Position numbers and translations under genes: made by a program
The notes under the pieces: generated by a model
Database searches by the model: none
Told to the model about the DNA's origin: nothing
Seen by the model: the letters and a program-made list of their open reading frames with translations, nothing else
From: Eledone cirrhosa
Lineage: Eukaryota
Assembly: GCA_964016885.1 (NCBI GenBank)
Contig: OZ024746.1
Span: 96,534,001-96,598,000 of the forward strand
DNA length: 64,000 bases
Direction: 5' to 3'
Shown: positions 11,861 through 24,498 of the stretch, one piece after another
Numbering within the stretch: the stretch's first letter is position 1
How the letters are laid out: each line of letters opens with the position of its first letter

Positions 11861-13960
11861 CTAGGCTATCACGAGTACCAAGACCTTAGTCTAGGCTACA
11901 CAGACCACGAGTGTTAAGACCTTAGTCTAGGCTACATAGACCACGAGTGTTAAGACCTTAGTCTAGGCTACACAGACCACGAGTACCAAGACCTTAGTCT
12001 AGGCTACACAGACCACGAGTGTTAAGACCTTAGTCTAGGCTACACAGACCACGAGTACCAAGACCTTAGTCTAGGCTACACAGACCACGAGTGTTAAGAC
12101 CTTAGTCTAGGCTACACAGACCACGAGTACCAAGACCTTAGTCTAGGCTACACAGACCACGAGTGTTAAGACCTTAGTCTAGGCTACACAGACCACGAGT
12201 ACCAAGACCTTAGTCTAGGCTAATAGACCACGAGTACCAAGACCTTAGTCTAGGCTACATAGACCACGAGTACCAAGACCTTAGTCTAGGCTACACAGAC
12301 CACGAGTGTTAAGACCTTAGTCTAGGCTACACAGACCACGAGTACCAAGACCTTAGTCTAGGCTACACAGACCACGAGTGTTAAGACCTTAGTCTAGGCT
12401 ACACAGACCACGAGTACCAAGACCTTAGTCTAGGCTACACAGACCACGAGTGTTAAGACCTTAGTCTAGGCTACACAGACCACGAGTACCAAGACCTTAG
12501 TCTAGGCTAATAGACCACGAGTACCAAGACCTTAGTCTAGGCTACATAGACCACGAGTACCAAGACCTTAGTCTAGGCTACACAGACCACGAGTGTTAAG
12601 ACCTTAGTCTAGGTTACACAGACCACGAGTGTTAAGACCTTAGTCTAGGTTACACAGACCACGAGTACCAAGACCTTAGTCTAGGCTACACAGACCACGA
12701 GTGTTAAGACCTTAGTCTAGGCTACACAGACCACGAGTACCAAGACCTTAGTCTAGGCTACACAGACCACGAGTGTTAAGACCTTAGTCTAGGCTACATA
12801 GACCACGAGTACCAAGACCTTAGTCTAGGCTACACAGACCACGAGTGTTAAGACCTTAGTCTAGGCTACACAGACCACGAGTACCAAGACCTTAGTCTAG
12901 GCTAATAGACCACGAGTACCAAGACCTTAGTCTAGGCTACATAGACCACGAGTACCAAGACCTTAGTCTAGGCTACACAGACCACGAGTGTTAAGACCTT
13001 AGTCTAGGTTACACAGACCACGAGTGTTAAGACCTTAGTCTAGGTTACACAGACCACGAGTGTTAAGACCTTAGTCTAGGCTACATAGACCACGAGTACC
13101 AAGACCTTAGTCTAGGCTACACAGACCACGAGTGTTAAGACCTTAGTCTAGGCTACACAGACCACGAGTACCAAGACCTTAGTCTAGGCTACACAGACCA
13201 CGAGTACCAAGACCTTAGTCTAGGCTACACAGACCACGAGTGTTAAGACCTTAGTCTAGGCTACATAGACCACGAGTGTTAAGACCTTAGTCTAGGCTAC
13301 ACAGACCACGAGTGTTAAGACCTTAGTCTAGGCTACACAGACCACGAGTACCAAGACCTTAGTCTAGGCTAATAGACCACGAGTACCAAGACCTTAGTCT
13401 AGGCTACATAGACCACGAGTACCAAGACCTTAGTCTAGGCTACACAGACCACGAGTGTTAAGACCTTAGTCTAGGTTACACAGACCACGAGTGTTAAGAC
13501 CTTAGTCTAGGCTACATAGACCACGAGTACCAAGACCTTAGTCTAGGCTACACAGACCACGAGTGTTAAGACCTTAGTCTAGGCTACATAGACCACGAGT
13601 GTTAAGACCTTAGTCTAGGCTACACAGACCACGAGTACCAAGACCTTAGTCTAGGCTAATAGACCACGAGTACCAAGACCTTAGTCTAGGCTACATAGAC
13701 CACGAGTACCAAGACCTTAGTCTAGGCTACACAGACCACGAGTACCAAGACCTTAGTCTAGGCTACACAGACCACGAGTGTTAAGACCTTAGTCTAGGCT
13801 ACATAGACCACGAGTACCAAGATCTTAGCCTAGGCTACACAGACCACGAGTGTTAAGACCTTAGTCTAGGCTACACAGACCACGAGTGTTAAGACCTTAG
13901 TCTAGGCTACATAGACCACGAGTACCAAGATCTTAGCCTAGGCTACATAGACCACGAGTA
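11861..13960. repeat. 36-bp minisatellite GACCACGAGT(ACC/GTT)AAGACCTTAGTCTAGGCTACACA, ~58 units
   Basis: Tandem 36-bp period, two main alleles, no spacers. Confidence 0.97.
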
Positions 13961-15249
13961 ATGTAAATGCTAAAGTCTTAAATATACATCTGGGGCCAGG
14001 GGCTGGAAAACCTCGGGTGTAGAGAAGACAAGAATGACTTATTAGCTGACTTCTACTTCCAGTTCTTTTCTGACACAGAACAGTTGTAACTCCAGTGATT
14101 TCAGAATAAACTTTGTTACTATGTCACCCTGGCCCAGTATAAGGATTCAGTGTATATCATAAATATATGTAACTTGCTGGTGCATGTGGTGCAACAAATA
14201 CTAGGGGGACGGACCAAAAGCCAATGGCTTATATATTGTGCGACCGAGAAGGCCAATTGATGGTATACAACAAATACTTGGTGGGTGAGCCAAAAGCCAA
14301 TAACTAGTTCATTGCTGTACTGAGAAGTCCACAATATATGCTAGGTGAACGAACTAGGTGAATACAATATATGTCAGGTGAAATAAAGTGTCTTGCTCAG
14401 GAACACAATGTGCCGCTGGGAATCGAACACACGACCTTACGATTGTGAGCCGAATACCCTAACCACAAAACCACACGCCTTCACATGTTTCCCCATAATT
14501 TCCTTAATAATCATTTCTACTTTTGGAACAAGGCCAGCAATTATCCCAGTGTATTACTGGTACTTTATTTTATCGACACCGTAAGGATGAAAGGCAAAGT
14601 TAACCTCGGCGGGATTTGAACTCAGACCATAAAGGGCCGTAACTCTTTGCTGCAAAGCATGGCGTCAGACCCTCTACCGATACTGCCAATCTCCACCACC
14701 CTTCATAACTTCCTTAATAATCAATACATTTGAATGACATTTTGCAGAGATAATTTTCGATGGTGTAGATATTACGATTAGGTTTTAGTTGTTTGATTGA
14801 AAAAATAAAATTATTACTTATTTTTATATATATATATGAGGGTAGTGGATTGGCATAATCATTAGTGCATCGGATGAAATGTATTGGGGCCTTCTGCATC
14901 CTGGTTTCAAATCCCGCCAAGGTTAACTTTGTCTTTCATTTTTCTGGGATCGATAATAATCAGTTTTCCCCAAGATGACATACGGCTTTTCTTGGGCATC
15001 TCAAGCCTTGCGGGGCTCACCCCTCTCCAGGCCTGAATACGGCACATTTCTTCCAGAGAAGGTTAGAAATAGATATAGAGTAAGAATTGACCACAGTACT
15101 AGACTGGTACTTTTATTTTTATCGAACCCGAAAGGTTGACCTCGGTGGGATTTGAACTCAGAGAGAACCGGAATGAATATCACTAAGCACTCTATCCGAC
15201 GACTCTGCGCCCTGTGTGTTAACTTTTTTGATACCTAACTGACTGAAAG

Positions 15250-15299
<50 letters not shown>

Positions 15300-15481
15300 T
15301 AATAAAAATAATGAATAAAAACAAAGAAACAGTTCCCTATATTAAAAAATTCATCATTTTACGATCGTTTCTAGGATATATATGTTTGTGTTGGTATGTA
15401 TATCATATAGATCTATGTAAAATTTTTTACAAACTATCAGAGGGAATATACATACCTACACATATATATGCTGTCTTCAGA

Positions 15482-15485
<4 letters not shown>
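15300..15485 (-). mobile_element. Microsatellite-embedded dispersed repeat end
   Basis: Reverse-complement match to 33705-33870; both copies end in (TA)n. Confidence 0.7.
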
Positions 15486-15509
<24 letters not shown>

Positions 15510-15512
<3 letters not shown>

Positions 15513-15650
15513 GAAAAATGTTCGAAACGGCTTGAGCTCTGCCGTCGGGGTCAAACATTTTCCTGTTACCCACTCTACTACCCTAAGTATTGAGTACTCT
15601 GGTGCGTTATGGTCCATCTGGTTCCTAACCACACCTCCTTCGTTATATAT
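15510..15650 (+). mobile_element. Microsatellite-embedded dispersed repeat (GAGTACTCTGGTGCGTTATGGTCC family)
   Basis: Copies or fragments at 24305-24375, 31830-32035, 36843-37003. Confidence 0.65.
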
Positions 15651-15661
15651 ATATATATACA

Positions 15662-15964
15662 CAGTGTAACCGCGATATTCGCGGAAATTCTTTTAGAACC
15701 TAATAATTGTTCGTGGAAACCACCGCATATTTGCGGGATCGTAAATATCTTCCGTGGTTTTTTCTATGGCTTTTTTACCGGTAAATTATTAATAACAATA
15801 TACCGTGTTTGCCGGCCTATTGGATGCCCCTTCGCATGAGTTGCTCCCTCTTTTTTTTAAAATTATATTTTACGTTATAATTTGACGTTTATAACAAATG
15901 TAATGGACCACATCCAATATTCGCGGGTGCTCTAGGAACGTAACCCCAGCGAATACCGGGAGAC

Positions 15965-15968
<4 letters not shown>
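15662..15968. mobile_element. Tigger/pogo-like MITE
   Basis: CAGTGTAACCGCGATATTCGCGG ... GCGAATACCGGGAGACAACT termini in TA context; inverted relative to 25720-26040. Confidence 0.75.
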
Positions 15969-16012
<44 letters not shown>

Positions 16013-16158
16013 CTATGTACACTATATTTGTGGAACCAACCAACCAACCGAAAATTTATAAATTCCTAAATTTATAAATTTAATTTATAATAAATTGAAG
16101 TGAAAGTAAGTGGTGCGTGTGTTTCTTATTGGCAACATGACCCTCCCAAAGTATAACA

Positions 16159-16216
<58 letters not shown>

Positions 16217-16218
16217 AC

Positions 16219-16268
<50 letters not shown>

Positions 16269-16271
16269 ACG

Positions 16272-16304
<33 letters not shown>

Positions 16305-16307
16305 ACG

Positions 16308-16348
<41 letters not shown>

Positions 16349-16833
16349 ACGTACATACATATATGTATGTATGTATACGTACATACATATATGTATGTAT
16401 GTATACGTACATACATATATGTATACAGACATACAGTAGTATGTATATATATACATACATGCACACATATATATGCACGTATCGGTTTACTGAACATTTA
16501 TTATAATGCTCGGTTTGTTTGTTTGTAAACAAACAAACAGCCCGAATTACGCCGTACAGTGTTTAGGCAACCACGTCATGTATGTATATATATACATACT
16601 ACTGTACGTTTGTATACATATATGTATGTACGTATACATACATACATACTTACATTAAGTAAGTGCCGTACTAAGAGTGAGAAATGAAATTTCGTTTCAT
16701 TCTATTCCATTTATCGTTTTCGGTGCGCCCGGCCGACTGAACTCACTCGATATGCAAATTAGGCTGCTCAGCCGTTAATATGCATAAGGAAAGTATATAC
16801 TTTCAGACGTTCAACCATCTAGCAGGAAGGTAT

Positions 16834-16876
16834 ACGATGCTGACGATAGCTAATAAGCTTGAAACTAGTACATCGT
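16834..16876 (+). ncRNA. Minimal type I hammerhead ribozyme (family H2)
   Basis: ACGATG-CTGACGA-T-AGCT-AATA-AGCT-T-GAAAC-TA-GTA-CATCGT. 6-bp stem I extendable by CAGGA/TCCTG across a bulge, palindromic ACTAGT stem III, predicted GUA cleavage after 16870. Confidence 0.88.
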
Positions 16877-17179
16877 TCCTGTGTCAGTGTTGAACAAAAA
16901 AAAAAATAATAATAAAAGTGACGTGGTTACCTAAACACTGTACGGCGTAATTCGGGCTGTTTGTTTGTTTGTTTAAACAAACAAACCGAGCATTATAATA
17001 AATGTTCGGTAAACCGATATGTGCATATATATATATATATATATGTGCATGTATGTATATATACACATACTACTGTACGTCTGTATAAATATATGTATGT
17101 ACGTATACATACATACATACTTACATTTAAGTAACTGCCGTACTAAGAGGGAGAAATGAAATTTCGTTTCATTCTATTC

Positions 17180-17225
<46 letters not shown>

Positions 17226-17869
17226 ATTCCTAGTTGTAGAGATGACATCACGTTCCTGTAGCAAATCTGTATTGTCATGATTGCTATTATTCCTTATCGG
17301 TATGAAATCAATTTCATACCGATAAGGAATATTGAAAGTGATGGTTAAAAAACTTACGAGTTTGTCAAACTTAATGTAAATACAAATCGAAAACATTCAA
17401 TAACTGAAAGTATTCACGAACTAACCTATACAATAATGAAAGTTATTAAAACGCAAATATTATCAACGTAATCGTAATCAACACCTTCGAAAATGTATCT
17501 GCAAAATTTTATTTAAAAAAAAACATGTATTATTAAGGAAGATATGAGAAAATAAAGTTTGTTGTGCACAACAAACTGTAGCACATGATAGCTATTTTAT
17601 ATTATCGAACTCGGTCGGGATTTGAACTAAAAACGAACGTAAAGAGGCTGTAACTAAATATCGTCAGATATTTTATCCAATGTTCTAATCAGTTTGCCAA
17701 CCAACCGTTGAAGTTAGACAGAAATGGATAAATAGATGGATAGATAGAGTTTCACTACGAGGGAATTATTTTACTCAAGACGCTGCCTATCGTAAAATCA
17801 CTTAACTTTTAACTACAAAATATTCCAGCAATGCTGGTATAGTGTCTGCCTCCTCCGTCTCTCTCGCTC

Positions 17870-18200
17870 TCCCCATCTCTCACTATTATAAGCAAATGGG
17901 GGACCAGAGCGCTTGCCGTCCCGTGACCCTGGCGGACAGAATAAAGAAGGCGTTTCTCCGGAGGATGGTAAGGGAGACGCTTTGGAAGAGCCATTCATTC
18001 CAGATCTCGATGATCACACTTGCGGGTGGCCAACTCCGTGCCGATGGTGATGAATGGGGAGGTGATCCTAGGGTCAAGGACACCAGATGTCTCCACTGCC
18101 ACGGGCTAAGAGCCCGCAAACTTGTCAGAGAGCGACCGATATTTGGAGACTTTACCCTCCTCGGCCCGAAGTACAACATAGCCTGGATTAGTCGCAGACT
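17870..18200 (-). pseudogene. CRE-like non-LTR retrotransposon 3' fragment (restriction-like endonuclease C-terminus)
   Basis: Frameshifted minus-strand motifs KYRSLSDKF..VAVETSGVL and EWLFQSVSLTILRRNA resemble the RLE K..KY..P.A.E..G..WLFQRxSLAIxRGNA pattern. Confidence 0.65.
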
Positions 18201-18284
18201 ACACCAGGTGCCGCTGAGGAAAGTTTAAAAAAATACGTCAAATTTTATACTATTACTGCTTACAGAATTTCGACTGTAGTGTTG

Positions 18285-18620
18285 GACCTCCGTCAGTTTC
18301 GACGACGAATGTTCCACTTGTTTGATGAATAGAACAGCCTGCTCGTGGAATTAGCATACAAGTGGCTGAGCATTCCACAGATACGTGTGCCCTTAATGTA
18401 GTTCTCAGGGGAGATTCAGCATGACACAGAATGTGACAAAGTTGTACATTTGAATTTACAACCACAACCCCTTTTTTCCCCTTTTCATCCAAGTGGACTG
18501 GAGCAGCGTAAAGTAAAATATTTTGCACTGGAAAAAAAAAAAAATTAAACGTGCTGCTGAGAATCGAACTCAGAACCTTATAATTGTGAGTCGAACACGC
18601 TAACCACTTGACCACTCACC
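18285..18620 (-). mobile_element. tRNA-derived SINE, family S2 (representative copy)
   Basis: Minus-strand TGGTCAAGTGGTTAGC..GAGTTCGATTC head plus conserved body. Copies at 11300-11470, 14380-14480, 30265-30470, 38010-38310, 55911-56045 (+). Confidence 0.8.
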
Positions 18621-19064
18621 TTCAACTATTGTACCCGTTTGTAGCTTGTCCAAAAAGTTGATAACGAAAATAATCAAGAATATGCAGGGATTTTCTAATA
18701 CATATAACTTTCTTATTATTAAGATGTTTTTTTGATGATAACTTTCTTAAAATAATGTTGGAGGGTTTATATATCGTAGAAGAACGAGAGGCAGTGTGGT
18801 ACGAAAAGGGTTAACATCAGTTATGACAGCAACAAACTACCGTCCCTTCTGCTGGTTCGGACGACATTGTAGTAGTGATGCTGTCGTCCCCTTTCAGCTT
18901 CAGCTAAGTAGCACAGACAGCAACTCCTATCGTCTATCTGCAACGTGTATTGGACCAAATATATCAAAAAGCTGTATGCATCCCACCCCCGTCTCTCCAT
19001 ATACACCTCCAGACACGCAGCACGTACACAACTCATTGTGAATAAATAAATAAACAAATAGATA

Positions 19065-19415
19065 TATTTCATGGATAGATAGGCAGTTAAATGGGGATAT
19101 AGATACATAGATAGATACATAGACAGATAGATAAATAGACAAACAAATAGACAGATAGATATATTTCTTTATTTGTCATAAGGGCGCACAAGAAATAGGA
19201 CATTACAAAACGTGACGGAGAGGGTTTACATAAAATCGTGTAAACAAGTTTAACAATTAAAAATAAACAATCGAAATCCCCAATAGAGTGGAACATTACT
19301 GCGGGGTTGATAGATAGATAGATAGATAGATAGACAGACGGATGGGTAGGTGCGTAGTTAGATAGATAGATAGATAGGCGGATGGGTAGGTGCGTAGTTA
19401 GATAGATAGACAGCT
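19065..19415. repeat. Degenerate (GATA)n microsatellite
   Basis: GATA/GACA runs with a ~40-bp internal duplication. Confidence 0.85.
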
Positions 19416-21149
19416 ACACAAATGTACAAAGAGAGAGAGACGGAGAGATTGGTTTAGAAGGATGTGTGTAAATAGATGGATAGAAAGATAGATTCACTGA
19501 AAAATACAGATGGGTGTGTAAGCTAGATTAAGAGAGGCAGGCTGTCGCAAAAAAAAACTTTAAATATCGGTGTAACCAAACGAAATTGACAGTTGTAACG
19601 TCTGTATTTCCTTAAAACATCGAACTAGTTATGTATAGTAGAACCAGGCGTGGTTTGGTATCAAAAGAGTTAACATTTAGCTACAAATAGTAGCTAAATT
19701 TCCCTCAAATCACATCTTAGCGTCTTAAATAAAGGATATATTAATCAATAGTCATATATATTCAATCAAACGGGTGGTTGTCTCAAGAACCGCTTTGATA
19801 ATAGGCTTGCCTGGTCAGAGTTGAATCGGGGTTTAACAACACAAGCAACAATAAATACCCAGTAAACAACGTAGATATAACAACATAAAACATATAATTG
19901 CCGAGATCAACTTTGTCTTTCACTCTTCCGGGATCGATAGAATAAAATATCAGTTAAAAACAAGGATAGATGTATTCTACTTTCTCCTTCCCCTAAAACT
20001 GCTGACATTGTGCCTAAATCAGAAACCATTATTATTAAGTTCAAATCCCGTTGAGGTCAACTTTGCCTTTCACCCTTCCAGGGTCAGTAAAATAAAGTAC
20101 CAATTTGAGACTGAGGTTGCTATATTCAACTTTACCCCCCCCCCCCCCCCCCCCAAAAAAAATTACTGGCCTTGCGCTTAAAATGAGAAAACTGTTATTG
20201 TATCTCTGAAAACTATCTTTACGTTCGTTAGCCTGGTCTGGTCCCGTAACTACTGATAGAGTCGTAGGGGCGGCGTATTGACATACAGCGTTACTTGGGC
20301 ATTTTAAGCCTGGCGGAGCCCATCCCTCTCTCCAGGCCTGCGCTGAGCAGGTTTCTTCCAGAGAAAGATAGAGTGAGCGAGAGGAAATGAGAAAGAGATA
20401 TAGAGGAAGAATCGACGTTAATACAAGCCTGGTACTTTTTTATCGACCTAGCTTTGACGAAAGGTAAAGTTGACCTCGGCAGGATTTGAACTCAGAGATT
20501 AGAGAGCCGGAACAAATACCATAAAGTATTTTATCCAACGTTCTAACGTCTCTGCCGCCTTCGTTCGTTTGTACCACATTCCTATTAATGGTGTGTTGTA
20601 CTAGATCCCAGAGATGGATAGCTTCAAGTTGGTGAGTAAAAACAAACAAAACAGTATTTTTGTGGGTAGTGGGTGGTTTTCTTTTTTTACTGCCAAAATA
20701 TGTATGGAAAAAACAGAGAGAAAGAGTCAACGAACTCGAAACTATCTAAGCTTTCATAAACAACAAAATTAGGCAGTAACGGGAAAACAACAATAAAAGA
20801 CTGTGCTGCGCAAACCTCTTAATTCAGGACTAAGCCTGTCCTTACTACACTGTGGATCTAGAGTAGTTTCCACATTCAAATAGGTGGACTGTGGATCTAG
20901 AGTAGTTTCCACATTCAAATAGGTGACATGTCATCTTTGGAGGGGGTCACCCATCTCTCTCCAATGAACCTCACTAAAGAATATCATCATCATCATCATA
21001 AAGAGGAATGAAGAGAAACGGGACGTTCGTTCGTTCGTATCCTTCCCAGTATAAGTGAAGTGAAAATTACTTAAACCGAGAATAGAAACTCGGATGCTGT
21101 CAATTTAACACTTACTCTACGTCAGTACTCACCATAAACTTGTTTTTTT

Positions 21150-21640
21150 TGTTAATTGTATTGGAATGACAAATACATTTTAATTTGTTCGCTGTTGTAT
21201 AAAAAGAAATATAATAATACAATACTTACAGAACGAAAGCATAAACAAATATAATATAAAGGAAAGGGGAGGGAAAATAGGGGGGGGGGCACAGAAGCTG
21301 TTAGCACATACAACAAAAGGCAGGCAATAAGGGTGGACAACTGAGTCGCTACCAGAGTAAAAGATAACAGTATCGCGAGGAACACCGGGAAACCTCTCTA
21401 ATGATTTTTGAGGCAAGCCATCACGCTCGCAGATTTACCTCGGGTGATGGTGAGGCTGATGCGTTGGAACAACCAAGTTTCCTCACGAGCATCGCCAGTT
21501 ACCTCGGTTAGGCGAGCCGCCAGTGAAGATGGGAACCGCACAGTCAGTAGCCCAACTCCCCAAACGCCTCGAACGCCAAAAGCTGGAAAATGTAGTTGGC
21601 CGACAGATCACGGTATTTTAGGATTTTGTGTCTACATATT
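21150..21640 (-). pseudogene. CRE-like non-LTR retrotransposon 3' end (second family)
   Basis: Minus strand KILKYRDLSANYIFQLLAFEAFG (frameshift) SLAARLTEVTGDAREETWLFQRISLTITRGKSASV*, then 3'UTR and A-rich tail. Copies at 25020-25165 (+) and 29890-30215 (-). Confidence 0.75.
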
Positions 21641-22604
21641 CCTTTTGGCAAGATAGTCTTATAATTTTTAGTGGAAAAGACGAAAAAGAAACGAGATGCT
21701 GTGATGTTTATGTTCTCGTGAGAATCATTAACGATTTAAGTGAATTAAATATTTATTGGGGTTTGAAATTGGCTAGCCTAGAGCATATTATTTTGCTTGT
21801 ATATGTTTACTATAAACGGCTATGCGTGTTTATAAGTATATCTAGCTGTCAAGATTTTGATAGGGCTGAGTCGTTAGAACAAATACCGCAAAGTAAGCTA
21901 GCAAAATTTGCAGTATTTGTTCCGGCTGCCTGCGGTATGATTTCAAATCCAGCCTAAGATAACTTTGCCTTTCATCCTTTCGAGGTCGATAAATAAAGTA
22001 CCAGTACTAAGTCGATTTTCCCCTCTGTCTTCTCTCTGGAAGAAATTGCCTGTGTTCCGCCAGGATGAGTTAAGGGCCTAATTACTTGCTGGTCTGTCTG
22101 ATCGAACTGACTTTTGATCAAATGTATTCCAATTGTGACCATACCCTCAATTTTTTTTATATTATCCAATGTAAACTTCCTCTTTTTAAGATAAATAGGA
22201 TGTGGTTTAACAGAGATCTAAATGTTATTTCGAGGTAATTGAGCGACCCCGCAGATGTGTGAGGCATATTTAAGAGTTGGGGGACGAGGAACGAATTACA
22301 AGTACACCAGGACGCATCAGTACAGAAAAAAAAAACAATGATTATTTTATAAATTCATAAGTAGCTTTACGATCTGAGTTCAAATCCTGCCGAGGTTAGC
22401 TTTGCCTTTCATCGTTACGGGGTTGATAAAATAAAGTACCAGTAATGCACTGAGGCCGATTTAATCGACTTTTACCTCCCTCCCAAATCGTTGGCCTTGT
22501 ATCTAAATCAGAAACTTTCAGAGGTCGATAAAAAATTGCCGGCCTTGTGCTTAAATAACAAATCATATTAATTTATCAAACAAGTAAATTAGTATCGACC
22601 GACT

Positions 22605-22830
22605 GTAGGACAGACCAAAGGGGAGACACAAAATAAAAACCCAGTCACTGAGGGGGTCACAATGTGTGACAAAAGAGCTTTGACAATATATAAACAACCA
22701 TCTGGTTATCGAACCAACCAACCAACCAACCAACCAACCAACCAACCGGCAATCTACTATTTATAATAAATTGAAGTGAAAACCAACGGGCGCATGTGTT
22801 TTTATAGTTATACTCCCAAAATATAACAGT
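22605..22830 (+). mobile_element. Diverged family H3 copy with mutated hammerhead
   Basis: GTCA-CTGAGGG-GGTCACAATGTGTGAC-AAAA-GAGCTT-TGAC aligns with the 33312-33354 ribozyme, with core substitutions. Confidence 0.7.
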
Positions 22831-22838
22831 ATATATAT

Positions 22839-22972
22839 AATTTAATATAGAAATGGCTTCTACAGGACTAGAATTGTTTCAATCGAAGGAAATCACAAGG
22901 AAAAACTTTTCCTGGTGATTTCCTTCGTATGAAACAGTTCTAGTCCTGTAGAAGCCATTTCTATATTAAATT
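22839..22972. repeat. ~134-bp fold-back palindrome of family H4 end
   Basis: AATTTAATATAGAAATGGCTTCTACAGGACTAGAA...AGGAAAA-AC-TTTTCCT...TTCTAGTCCTGTAGAAGCCATTTCTATATTAAATT. Confidence 0.9.
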
Positions 22973-23309
22973 GTGTATATACTCTACTATGTATTGAGTA
23001 CCTTACTTACTATGGTTACCCCCGATTAAACCCGGGACTCACACAGAGAGAGAGAGAGAGAGAGTATGCGCTGCTGAGACCGGGGAGACCTCAAATCATG
23101 CGAGTACTCAATATATGGAGTGGGTATAGAGATATGTAAAATCCCGATATCTTGAAGCTGCGGTCGGGGTTTACAAATCTATATTTAAATATGTGTGTGA
23201 ATGGGGTATGTATATATGTATATATATATATATATATGCAGGGTATCCGTAGATAAAACGAACAAGGAAAACAACGCTCAATCAATTACAAGAGAATTTA
23301 TTTAAGATA

Positions 23310-23519
23310 AATAAAGTTTCCTACACTTAACATGTATATGACCTAGATTTTGAGATCCAGTTATGGCCACCACTGTATAGTGAACAATGAAAACCGTGTT
23401 TTTGTTCGAGTGCCCGAAAGAGGCCAGTTTTAAAGGGGCCCCTCCACTATACAGTGGTGGCCATAACTAGACCCCGAAACCTAAGGTCGCACATACATGT
23501 CAAGTTCATGAAACTTTAT
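23310..23519. mobile_element. Two outward-facing Tc1/mariner-like termini (~70-bp inverted arms)
   Basis: GTTATGGCCACCACTGTATAGTG ... CACTATACAGTGGTGGCCATAAC. Confidence 0.55.
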
Positions 23520-24145
23520 CTATATATATAAAATTGAGGATGTGTGTGTGTGTGAGTTTGAATCCCTAAAACTCGAGAAGTACCCAACCGATTTTTTTCA
23601 AACTTTACATGTGTATTACTTATGGTTTCAGGGAGTGTTATGCACATAAAATTCAACTTTTTGATCCCCTAGGATCCATTAGGTGAAAAACTGCGATTTT
23701 TTTTCAGCTTTTTAGGGGTTTTTTGAGGCGTTACGTCAGACCAATTTCCTTGAAATTATGACTATGTATTAGTCAGTCTTTTCTTCATACCGTGAGCAAA
23801 GAAAATCCAACTTTTTTCATGGCCCAGGGCCCGCATTAGGTGAATAACTTCATTTTTTTTTAGCTTTTTAGGGCTCTTTTGAGGTGTTACGTCTAGCTGA
23901 TTTTCCCGAAATTTCAAGACATATTATGCACATAAAAAAAATTCATTTTCTTCATCTCTGCATTAGGTGAAAACCTGCATTTTTCCTGCTAGTCGAGGAA
24001 AATCTTAAATATTATCCAGCCATCAGAGTATTCGGTTTATTTCCTTTACATATTGTCCAGGCATGCAGTTTTTCCACGAGAAGGTCTGTTGGCGGCCGGC
24101 GTTCCAAAATAACTTATCCCGTGCAACGCCGGGTACCACTGCTGG
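23519..24145 (+). mobile_element. Non-autonomous Helitron
   Basis: A|TCTATATATATAAAA 5' end followed by (TG)n; subterminal hairpin CCCGTGCAACGCCGGG; CTGG|T (CTRR) 3' end. Confidence 0.75.
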
Positions 24146-24432
24146 TACTATATATATATATTTGGCTGTGGATACTTATAGTCGGTTCGTATACCTTAAT
24201 TTATCCTTTTAATTGAGTTCTGCGAACCGTACTATCTATAGTTAATGTATTCTTCACCTTTGCGTTTTTATATCCCTTATAATTTGAACACACACACACA
24301 CACAGCTAGGTCTGAACTCAGACCTAGCTGTCGAAACGACCGGAACTCACCCGTCGGGGTCCTGACTCTTTTCCTATATATATATATATACAATATATTA
24401 ATAAATGGAAACTATATTTATAAAACCATAAT

Positions 24433-24498
24433 TATTTTATTATATATATTTCAAGGGCAACCAAGGCAAATTATGGTGCGCTTTCATCAGATAAAATA
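24433..24498 (-). ncRNA. Minimal type I hammerhead ribozyme (family H1, second member)
   Basis: Minus strand TATTTTAT-CTGATGA-AAGCGCACCA-TAATTTGCCT-TGGTTGCCCTT-GAAA-TATATA-TA-ATAAAATA. Same stem I as 2362, different but paired stem II, palindromic stem III. Confidence 0.85.

Noticed and set aside
11861-13960. CRISPR-like 36-bp palindromic repeat
   Set aside because: Units are contiguous with no unique spacers, there are no cas genes, and the context is eukaryotic.
20849-20926. 40-bp tandem duplication
   Set aside because: Ordinary two-copy slippage duplication with no further structure.
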